A DNA stretch of 64,000 nt from Blastopirellula sp. (GTDB lineage Bacteria; Planctomycetota; Planctomycetia; Pirellulales; Pirellulaceae). The position numbers were made by a program, and so were the translations under genes. The notes under the pieces are model-generated. The model was not told the origin of the DNA. It saw only the letters and a list, made by a program, of their open reading frames with translations, and ran no database searches. Below are positions 1 to 9,200 of this stretch, in pieces. The stretch lies in contig NZVR01000152.1 in assembly GCA_002701545.1 (NCBI GenBank), forward strand, positions 8,790 through 72,789, read 5' to 3'. How positions within the stretch are numbered: position 1 is the stretch's first letter; each line of letters starts with the position of its first letter.

Positions 1-1
1 T

Positions 2-97
2 CCCGATGCGCTGCGCTCGGAATTGATATCCCTGACCGAATACGAGTCGGTGGACTACATCCGTCGTCACGCGCACCGTCTTTTGAGACGTGAGTGA
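2..97 (+). CDS. 3' end of an unidentified CDS entering from upstream of the window (partial)
   Basis: Open frame from base 2 (PDALRSELISLTEYESVDYIRRHAHRLLRRE) ends at TGA 95-97. It is too short to assign a family. Confidence 0.3.
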   Translation, partial: PDALRSELISLTEYESVDYIRRHAHRLLRRE

Positions 98-671
98 TGA
101 CAGGCTCAGGTGAGATCGGTTGCGTTGAGTCGCACGCTTTGCGGCTTGCATAAGATAGGCAGGTGGCGTTGTTCGTGCAAAACGGGGCGATGGATTGCTT
201 GTTGCAATGGATGCAATACGCCGGTGGAGGGTGGGGCAAAATGCAACGGACCAAAGCGGTGCTGGTAAATGGTGCGTCTTGGCAGCGAACCGTTCGCTAG
301 AGAGTGACTTGGTGCTTCAAAAAAAATTTTTCACGGTGAACGTCGCGCGAATGTGGAATACCGAAACGATAGCACTGGGGATGGTTGCGCAGCGTCGTGA
401 GCCGAAGAAACGTTTTCATTTCCCTTAGTTTGCAGGTTATTTGTCGCGCCGAGTTGCGCGAGCGCAGTGCATCTTTGGTCGTGCGCGCAACTTGATGATG
501 CCCCTCTGCAGAATGTGTTGTGAATAGCCAACAAAGGTGAGATGTGTTGGAGCGTATGTGATTTTCCCTGCGCAAAAAGTTTGCCGTCTTTTGAAAATAC
601 TCATACACTCAAAGCCTCTTCACATAGGTCGCTTCTCAAGACCAACACATCCTTGCTAATAGGTCAAGACA

Positions 672-3600
672 ATGCACAGTCGTCTTCATGGGCTATTGGG
701 GGCTTGTCGTTCTGACGAGCTACGTGACGTTCGCCGCCGCTTGCAATTGGAATCGCTTGAGCAACGTCTCGCGTTGACAGCATCCGGAGTGATGGAAGCC
801 GATTCGGCGCTGGTCTCCACGGCGATTGCCGGGGAGGCTGCGGACAACGAAGTAAGCATGCGTGCAGACATTCCAGATCAGGTGTTTGCTCCGTATATGG
901 ATGCCACGTTGTGGCCACCTTTTGATCCAGTGGAATTGGCCAAGGACCAGGGAATCAAGCATGTCACATTTGCTTTTGTCGTGGCAGATCCTGGGACCAG
1001 TGAGCCGAGTTGGGGTGGCTACTACAGTGTGGCGTCGGACTATCGAGGTGACCAATTCGACGCGTTGCGTGAGTTGGGCGGCGAAGTGATGGTGTCATTT
1101 GGTGGTGCCGCCGGAACTCCACTGGCGGCTGCCATCTCGGACGTGGATGACCTGACTCAATCCTATCAGTCGGTGATCGATCAGTATGATCTGACGTGGA
1201 TCGACTTTGATGTCGAGGGTGCCTGGGTTCGAGACGAAGTTTCGATTGACCGTCGTTCGCAGGCGATTCGAAACTTGCAGGATCAGGCGCGCGCCGAGGG
1301 CAGACCCTTGGAAGTCTGGTTCACTTTGCCAGTTTTGCCCAGCGGTCTCACCAGTGACGGCGTTTACGTTGTGGAGTCCGCACTGAGTCATGGCGTTGAT
1401 ATTGGTGGTGTCAACATCATGGCGATGAATTATGGCGATGGACCGGCCCCGAACCCGGAAGGGCAGATGGGTGATTACGCGATTGAAGCGTCATTGAGCC
1501 TGTTTGATCAAATGCAGACAGCTTATGACGCGGCCGGCGTTTCCGTTACGGACGAAGAGATGTGGGGCTTGATTGGCGTGACCCCGATGATTGGCCAGAA
1601 CGACCTCATGTCCGAACGGTTTTATGTGGAAGACGCGCAGAAGTTGTTGGACTTTGCAGAGGACGTTGGGATGGGTTTTCTCTCAGCCTGGTCGATCAAT
1701 CGTGACTCGGCCTGCGATACGCTGGGGGTTCTCGCCTGGGATTGCAGTGGTGTTCCACAAGAGCCCTATGAATTTGCTCAGGCGTTGGGGCAGATCACCA
1801 CCGGGGCCGATCAACCCGTTGACGACACGGACCCGGTTGATGACACCGACCCCGTTGACGACACCGATCCGGTTGACGACACCGATCCGGTTGACGACAC
1901 CGATCCCAACGACTTAGAAGGTCAGGTGTATCTGGTGAATGCCGCCGGTCCCGACATTGTGAACTTTGACGTAACACAAGACCGGTTGGATTTTGGAGAT
2001 ATTTCGGTGCACAACCTGATCATGGGCAAGCTACCAACGGGCGAAGTTGCCATGGTCAACCCATGGGCTTGGACCCCGCAGTATCAAGTGATTCAGGATC
2101 GAACTTACACCGATCTGAGTATTGAAAACTACGGCGTGGTGGCCAACGAACACCTGCGACAGGATCTCGGAGGTGTGGTGTCCTGGGAACAGGGAGTCGG
2201 TCCAAGAGAAGCGGATACAGTTTACGTCCGTTCGCATGAGTACGACGTTCAAGAGCGGATTGATGATTTCGATCCTGCCACGATGAAGCTGAGCTTCCTG
2301 TACTTTGGCACCCGCGAACGGTTGAGTGTCGAAGATACCCCGGAGGGTCTGTTGATCTCGACGCAGCCGACGAATCAGAGTCTCTTGCTGGCGGGGATTT
2401 CCAAGAGCGATTTAGTACCTGCCAACATCGAGTTTCACCATGACCAGATTGTGGAAGATCAACTGGAGGTTCCGTTCGGTTTCACGGAGGACCAACTGAC
2501 ATTGGTCAGTCGTGCCGAATTGCTGACTCCAACCGCACCTGACGGCGAGATCACCGATGGCCATCAGACACGACCAGGCAGCGAGAACCACCACGATCAT
2601 GATGACCACGTGATGGTATCGGTCGCCGACGTGGTCGTAACGGAAGGGTCACCTGGCAGTCTCTCCAGCGGAGTGCTGTCGACGCAGGGGAACCAGATTG
2701 TGGATGCCGCGGGTCAGCCGGTGCGTCTGGCGGGGGTAAGTTGGTTTGGGTTCGAGACCACCAATTTTGTACCGCATGGCCTGTGGTCCCGAGGTTATGT
2801 CGAGATGATGGATCAAATGAAGGCCGAAGGGTTCAATACCATTCGACTGCCTTACAGCGATGAATTGTTTGACACTGGGAGTACGCCGAACGGGATTGAC
2901 TACAGTAAGAATCCGGATCTCGAAGGTTTGAGTGGTCCGGAAATCATGGATCGTATCATTGCCCAGGCCGACGAGATTGGGATGCGTGTGATTCTCGATC
3001 ACCACCGCTCGGCCGCTGGCAATAGCGCCAATGAATCAGGCCTCTGGTATACGCCTGAGTACCCGGAGTCTGTGTGGATTGAAAACTTGACTCACTTGGC
3101 GACCCGCTACGCGGAAAACCCATCGGTGGTCGGTATCGATTTGCATAACGAACCTCATGGCCCTGCGCGATGGGGTGATGATTCGGCGAATGACTGGCGT
3201 TTGGCCGCAGAGCGTGCTGGAAACGCCGTGTTGGCCGCCAATCCCAACCTGTTGATTATTGTCGAAGGTGTTGAGACAACTTCGTCGGGTAGTTACTGGT
3301 GGGGCGGGAATCTGTCCAATGCGGGCGCGGCACCGGTGCGACTGGATGTTGCCGATCGGCTGGTTTACTCCGCTCATGATTATCCTGCCAGCGTCTATCA
3401 GCAGCCGTATTTCAATGATCCGTCTTATCCGGATAACCTCAACGAGATTTGGAATCGCAACTGGGGTTACTTGTTCCGAGACGGTATTGCACCCGTGCTG
3501 CTGGGGGAATTCGGCAGTAAGCTGGAGACCGCCAGTGATCAGCAGTGGTTTGATTCGATGGTCGACTATCTGGATGGTGATCTGGATGGTGATGGGGCCA

Positions 3601-6050
3601 GCGACCTGGAGGCGAATCAGCAGGGCATCAGTTGGACCTATTGGTCGTGGAATCCAAATTCCGGCGACACCGGCGGAATCCTCGAAGATGACTGGGTCTC
3701 GATTCACGACAACAAAGTCGATGCGCTCGAGTCGATTCAGTCTGATTTTGCAGACCTGAACCGGGGTGCGTTGATTACCGTTCGCTTGTCGATGCCGGCA
3801 ATGCATACGGTGACGGTCGGTTATGCGACGGCGGATAAGACGGCAGTGGCTGAGGGCGACTATGATCACGTGACCGGGACGCTCGAGTTTCTCCCGGGCG
3901 AAACCGTAAAGACATTTCGGGTGAACGTCACACCGGATGCGTTGGTGGAGGGGAACGAGCAGTTTGAGGTGAATCTCTTCGATGTTTCCAACGCCATGAT
4001 GGGAGACGGTTCGGCGTTGGTTACGATTGTGGATGACGATACCGATGCCCCCGGTTTGCCGACGATCAGCGTTGCGGATGCTTCGGTGACCGAAGCGGAT
4101 ACAGAAGTTGCTGAAATGACGTTCGAAGTTGTCTTGTCCAAAGCGGCAACAGAAGACGTCACGTTGGATTTCGAAACGGTAGCCGGTTCTGCATTGGCAC
4201 CGGATGACTTTGAGGCGGTCAATGGAACGCTCACGATCCCTGCAGGTGAGACGAGTGGAGAAATCAAAGTGCTGATCTCCGGTGACCTGCTGGAAGAAGG
4301 AGATGAGTCCTTTAAAGTGAATCTCAGCAATGCTGTGAATGCAACATTCGCTGTGAGCACGGCAACAGGAACCATTGTGGACAATGACCGTACGGTCGCC
4401 GCGCCGGGATTTGCTTATCGAACGACGGAGGATTGGGGAAGTGGCTTCAATGGCGAAATCACCATCACCAATCGAGACGAGGAAGCTTGGTCGACTTGGC
4501 GCGTCGAGTTTGAGTGGGAGCATCAAATCAACGAGATTTGGGATGCCGTTCTCGTTGAACAAAACGATGGAAAATTTGTTGTTGATAACGAGTTTTGGAA
4601 TGGAACGGTGGCTCCGGGCAAGAGCGTGACCTTTGGGTTTGGGGGCAGTCCCGGTAATGTGACGACCGTGCCAACCAAGGTCTACGTCAACGGAGTGGCT
4701 GCAGAAGTGGGACAAGCGGCTCCCACCCTCTCGGTCGCAGATGTCAAATTGCCCGAGGGTGACAGCGGAAAAACGTTGGCCAATTTTGCGCTGACGTTAT
4801 CGAAAGCCTTGCCGGACGACGTCACGGTGAATTACAAAACCGAGGCAGGGTCGGCATCGGCGGGAGTCGATTATCAGTCGCAAACCGGTACGATCACGAT
4901 TCCAGCAGGCAGCCTGTCCGCAGTGATTCCCGTGTCAGTCTATGGCGATACAGACGAAGAGGCCGACGAAACCTTCCAAGTGGTTCTGTGGGCACCCACC
5001 GGTGCGACGCTAGATAAGAGTAAGGCCACCGCGCTGATTCAGGACGATGATGCTCCGGCGGGCAATAGTGCTGCGGCATATCGCACCGTGAATGATTGGG
5101 GCTCCGGGTTTACCGGGGAACTGAAGTTGACGAACCAAACGAACGAGGCTTGGGATGATTGGGAAGTCAAATTCGAATGGGGACACAACCTGACCCAATT
5201 CTGGAATGGGACATTGGTCAGCCACGAAGGTAATACCTACGTCGTCAAGAACGTGAGCTGGAATGCTCGCGTCGAACCGGGGGCGAGCGTGACGTTTGGG
5301 TTTAGTGGTAACCCAGGCAATGTGACGACCGAACCTCGGAACATTGTCATCAATGGTCCGGCAGCTGATGACGCGGACGATGCCGATGACCCGGCAGAAG
5401 TTCCTATCGAAATGAACATCAGCAACGCGTCTGCGGTCGAACCGGACGAGGGAACACAAACGATGACCTTTAAAGTCAAGCTGTCGCGTGCAGTTCCTGA
5501 TGGACAGACGGCGTCAGTTGACTACGCGACTGTAGCTGGTACGGCGACAGCAGATGAAGACTTTATTCCTGTGAACGGTACGCTCGAGTTCATGCCGGGA
5601 GAATTGGAGAAAACCATTGACGTTGTCTTCAAGGGGGATACCGTCGTCGAAGCCGATGAAACCTTTGAGGTGGTATTGAGTCAGATCGTGAATGCCAAAT
5701 TCGGCGTCAAGACGGCTGTCGGTACCATTGAAGATAACGATGTGGATTTGACCAGTAGCGTGAAGTGGAGCGTGTCGAGCTCTTGGGCTACTGGGTATGT
5801 TGCATCGATTGTGATCTCCAACAAAGAAACCGAAGCCTGGACAGATTGGGAGCTTGAATTTGATTCAACCCATGAAATCTCGAGTATTTGGGGAGCGGAG
5901 ATCGTGAGTCGTGTGGGAACACGGTACCGCATACGAGCGCTTTCCTGGAATCGGGCACTGGCGCCGGGAGGGACGGTCAGCATTGGTTACCGCGTTGATA
6001 CAGGAGGTCCGCTCGAACCGACGAACTTCCTTCTCAAGCGGACCAAGTAG
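672..6050 (+). CDS. Secreted multidomain glycoside hydrolase: GH18-like + GH5 cellulase-like catalytic modules followed by alternating Calx-beta and CBM2-like modules
   Basis: Uninterrupted 1792-aa ORF with the N-terminal 'LESLEQRLALTA' motif common in planctomycete secreted proteins. GH18-like block: FAFV, SFGGAAG, IDFDVEG (DxDxE). A PVDDTD x5 linker follows. GH5-like block: NEPHG, LLGEFGS, WSWNPNSGDTGG. Four Calx-beta-like modules (GDYD..GTLEF.PGE..K type) alternate with three CBM2-like modules (WGSGF.GE..ITN..W..W.VEFEW). Confidence 0.9.
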   Translation: MHSRLHGLLGACRSDELRDVRRRLQLESLEQRLALTASGVMEADSALVSTAIAGEAADNEVSMRADIPDQVFAPYMDATLWPPFDPVELAKDQGIKHVTFAFVVADPGTSEPSWGGYYSVASDYRGDQFDALRELGGEVMVSFGGAAGTPLAAAISDVDDLTQSYQSVIDQYDLTWIDFDVEGAWVRDEVSIDRRSQAIRNLQDQARAEGRPLEVWFTLPVLPSGLTSDGVYVVESALSHGVDIGGVNIMAMNYGDGPAPNPEGQMGDYAIEASLSLFDQMQTAYDAAGVSVTDEEMWGLIGVTPMIGQNDLMSERFYVEDAQKLLDFAEDVGMGFLSAWSINRDSACDTLGVLAWDCSGVPQEPYEFAQALGQITTGADQPVDDTDPVDDTDPVDDTDPVDDTDPVDDTDPNDLEGQVYLVNAAGPDIVNFDVTQDRLDFGDISVHNLIMGKLPTGEVAMVNPWAWTPQYQVIQDRTYTDLSIENYGVVANEHLRQDLGGVVSWEQGVGPREADTVYVRSHEYDVQERIDDFDPATMKLSFLYFGTRERLSVEDTPEGLLISTQPTNQSLLLAGISKSDLVPANIEFHHDQIVEDQLEVPFGFTEDQLTLVSRAELLTPTAPDGEITDGHQTRPGSENHHDHDDHVMVSVADVVVTEGSPGSLSSGVLSTQGNQIVDAAGQPVRLAGVSWFGFETTNFVPHGLWSRGYVEMMDQMKAEGFNTIRLPYSDELFDTGSTPNGIDYSKNPDLEGLSGPEIMDRIIAQADEIGMRVILDHHRSAAGNSANESGLWYTPEYPESVWIENLTHLATRYAENPSVVGIDLHNEPHGPARWGDDSANDWRLAAERAGNAVLAANPNLLIIVEGVETTSSGSYWWGGNLSNAGAAPVRLDVADRLVYSAHDYPASVYQQPYFNDPSYPDNLNEIWNRNWGYLFRDGIAPVLLGEFGSKLETASDQQWFDSMVDYLDGDLDGDGASDLEANQQGISWTYWSWNPNSGDTGGILEDDWVSIHDNKVDALESIQSDFADLNRGALITVRLSMPAMHTVTVGYATADKTAVAEGDYDHVTGTLEFLPGETVKTFRVNVTPDALVEGNEQFEVNLFDVSNAMMGDGSALVTIVDDDTDAPGLPTISVADASVTEADTEVAEMTFEVVLSKAATEDVTLDFETVAGSALAPDDFEAVNGTLTIPAGETSGEIKVLISGDLLEEGDESFKVNLSNAVNATFAVSTATGTIVDNDRTVAAPGFAYRTTEDWGSGFNGEITITNRDEEAWSTWRVEFEWEHQINEIWDAVLVEQNDGKFVVDNEFWNGTVAPGKSVTFGFGGSPGNVTTVPTKVYVNGVAAEVGQAAPTLSVADVKLPEGDSGKTLANFALTLSKALPDDVTVNYKTEAGSASAGVDYQSQTGTITIPAGSLSAVIPVSVYGDTDEEADETFQVVLWAPTGATLDKSKATALIQDDDAPAGNSAAAYRTVNDWGSGFTGELKLTNQTNEAWDDWEVKFEWGHNLTQFWNGTLVSHEGNTYVVKNVSWNARVEPGASVTFGFSGNPGNVTTEPRNIVINGPAADDADDADDPAEVPIEMNISNASAVEPDEGTQTMTFKVKLSRAVPDGQTASVDYATVAGTATADEDFIPVNGTLEFMPGELEKTIDVVFKGDTVVEADETFEVVLSQIVNAKFGVKTAVGTIEDNDVDLTSSVKWSVSSSWATGYVASIVISNKETEAWTDWELEFDSTHEISSIWGAEIVSRVGTRYRIRALSWNRALAPGGTVSIGYRVDTGGPLEPTNFLLKRTK
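1815..1904 (+). repeat. In-frame 18-bp tandem repeat x5 encoding the PVDDTD linker
   Basis: cccgttgacgacacggac-like units repeat head to tail and translate to PVDDTDPVDDTDPVDDTDPVDDTDPVDDTD, between the GH18-like module and the rest of the protein. Confidence 0.9.
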
Positions 6051-6213
6051 CCCGTGGTGCGGCAGTGAATGCACGTCGTGCTGAGTCCTCAAGTGGGGGC
6101 GAGTTTCAGATGGTCGAGTCGGACTTCTGAGCTCGTCCCCATTTTCCACTGAGTGAGGTGTTTCCGTCGGACGAGGTGCCTTCCAGCCTCGGTTGGGTTG
6201 TACCGCGGGTGGC

Positions 6214-9200
6214 TTACTCGGTGTCATCCTCTGACGTGTTTGCCTGATCCTGACTCAGTTCTTCCAGCAGTTCGACCAATTCCGTATCACCACGGTTTTT
6301 CGCAAGTTGGATAGCGGAACGTCGATTGTCGATCCTGGCCCGCGGATCAAGTCCTGCTGCGATGAGGACACGGGCAACCTGTAAACGTCTTTCAGAGACC
6401 GCAAATTGAGCGAAGTGGTTGTCACCAAATTGCTTGGCCGTGCTGCGGATCTCTGCTAGTTCTTGCAGTGGGTTGCGTCCGGCTCTTGTGATTTGTGTCG
6501 CCGTTGCACCGGCATCCAGCAGGAGTTGCGTAAGTTCCGGACCACCCCATTTGGCAGCCTCGTGGATCGGTCGATAACCACTGAAATTGCTGCCATTGGG
6601 ATCGGACCCCAATGCCAGAAGCAGCTTTGCCGTTTCCACATGATTTCCGAAGCAAGCAGCTTTCAGGGCATCCATACCGTAAATGCCTGTTTGTTTTTTG
6701 AGATCGACACCCGAGTCGGCAAGCAACTGTAAGGCGTCCGTGGAGCCGTGAAGTGCGGCTGCCAAGACCGGCGTCGCGAATTGGTTGCCGTAGCCGGTAG
6801 AACCTGCGTCCGTGTTGGCGATTTCGTTAAGCAGCTCTGCATCGTTGATTTCGTCGATCACAGACTGGAGCGTTTCCGCGTCATTTTGCATGGCAGCCTG
6901 AGCCAGTTTTTGATGCGTTCTTTGTGTCGCCAGATTGGCTGTGCGGCGCAAGGATTGCGTCCAGGGTTCGGCAGCGTTTGCGTCCAAAACAGGATATAGG
7001 TCGTACCATCGTTTCTGCGCTGTCAGGAGCTGGGCATGTAAAAGCGACGGGACCACCAAGTCGGGTGTTGCGGCCATTTCCGCTTCGGCGATATCGCGTC
7101 CCAGAGGCACAACCACCATATTCTTGAAGGTCAGTTGTGAGTTGGTTCCCATGGCTTGAATCGCGAACTCACCGGACATGTCACGGCCGGGCTGGCTATC
7201 GAAGATGTTGTTCAACAGCAAGTCACCATAGCTGAAGCGAAGGTGATTGCCCCGCATCTCTAAAGTTATCTTGCTGCCCTCAGGCAGGTCTTGCATTTTC
7301 TGCAGGAGGTCGAGGCTCGATTCGGTTTGACTGCGGGCCAGTGCTACTGGTTTGTGGTCGATTCCGATCAAGACGGCTTGCCCACGATCGGCGATGACCA
7401 GCGGACGAGGATAGTTGTCGTTGATGAATTTGCCGTGGAAGTTGCCGACATTCAGGTTTTGCGATCCGACCAGGTCAGCCTGGTATCCTTGTCTCAGATA
7501 AGGATGCAGATAGTTTGCCTGATAGACATTCGAAGTGTCAGGTGCAAAGTGTGTGCGTCCATCAAAACCGCTGTTGCCAAACAGTTTTGCGATCTCGACT
7601 TGAATTCGGAAGTCGGCAAAATGGCCGCCTATCCAAGTGACGTACTGATTGTTGGTGGCGGCCCACTTGCGTTCTTCCAGTAGTGAAACACCCGAGTCTT
7701 TGGCTTCCCACCAATCAGCCAATCCATCCCATTCGCTTATCAACTCGGGGCTGGTCAAATCCACCGGATCGGATTCATGCGACTGGTCCGTGTATGCCTG
7801 ACTGCGAATCTCCAGCAGTTGAGGCAAGCGGGCCATGTGTTGCAGCATGGCGAGGGCGAATTCAGGCGTCTGGGGGTATTCGTAATGCTGCTGAATGAGT
7901 TTGATCTGGTGATATCTGGTTGCCGCTGCTGACGTGGTGGCATCGGTAGATAGCTTCATGGCTTGACTGAGCACGCGGGGAGTGATTTGTCTGGCCACGA
8001 GCGCGAGTGCTAGATCGATCGGTTGATCGGAGGCAACTTCGGAATCGTAAAATTGACCGGCTTGCGCGAGGTGTTCGGTCAGGGCCGGTAAGTTGTCGTT
8101 GGGTTGGATAAAGTCGACCTGCCGTGCCGCGGAGTGGCGTTCAAACCAATTCTGGAAGGCTTGCAACGCGGGATGAGTTGGTTGGTATGCGGGGCTGGGT
8201 TTCGCCGATAGCAGGGATTGAAAATAAAGGAAGAACAAATTCCCATCTTCCGCGCCAATGTCTGTCAGATCGAATTGCTCCCAATTGGGTAAATGGTTTT
8301 GGGCTAAGGGGGCGGTGGCACGCAGTTGCACTATGCCAACGTTTGGCTGACCAGCGGAGATGTCGCTGCGGGCCACACGTAGCGTCAGTGTTTTTTGTCC
8401 GTCCCACGGCCCACTTTCGACAGGCTCCCAGTCCGCCAGCAGGCCACCTGACGAAACTTGGATTGGCAAAGGAGCAGCCAACGCGTGACCGTCATCAGCG
8501 CGCAGCACGAGTGGACGCTGTTGTTGATCGGTAGCGATCAGGAACAATCCCAGTGGGTCAAAAATAAAATCGTCCATCCGCAGGTCAGCAGGAAGCTGCG
8601 GCAGCAAGATCGGTCGGCCGTCGATCAGGCTGTGCATGGCCAGCACGCCGGCGGGATCCAAAATAGCCAACCGAGTTCCTTCGGGGCTGACCAGCGCTCG
8701 TCGGATACCAGGGATGGTAACTGCGTGCACGGTATCCAGGCTTTCATCCTCGGCACTGGTCAGGCAGAGTTGACCGTCTTCCTCGATGGTCAGAAACTGT
8801 CGTTGCATTGGCAGGAATTGGATGAGCTGAACGTCAGAGTCGTTTGCAACGGTGCGTACGGGCTGTGCCGGGTCAGCAGCGTCGTACAGTTGATAGCCGT
8901 CTTCCGCTGTCACGAGAAATACGGTCTGGCCGTCTGATGACAAGCAGGCGTGCGTGATCTCAGCGGTGTCTGGTAGTTCGATTTCGGCGACGATCGACGG
9001 AGTATCTTGGTGGCTGATGAGCACAGCCCGGTTGCCTGCGGACAGCAGCACGCGGTTGTCGACCAGGGAGACTTGATCGAGGGCTGCGGGCTGCGGGAAA
9101 TTGGGAGTATCGGCAAATAATTCGCTCACGTTCGTGACGTTTCCGTTGTCACGTTGCACCAGCAAGACGCGTCCGTCTTGCTCCAGGACGCCAACGTGTT

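Noticed and set aside
3036-4715. 559-aa minus-strand ORF inside the GH18/GH5 gene
   Set aside because: It lies wholly antisense to a plus-strand ORF with strong domain signatures. Its translation is low-complexity and R/H/I-rich with no motifs, which is typical of a GC-rich shadow ORF.
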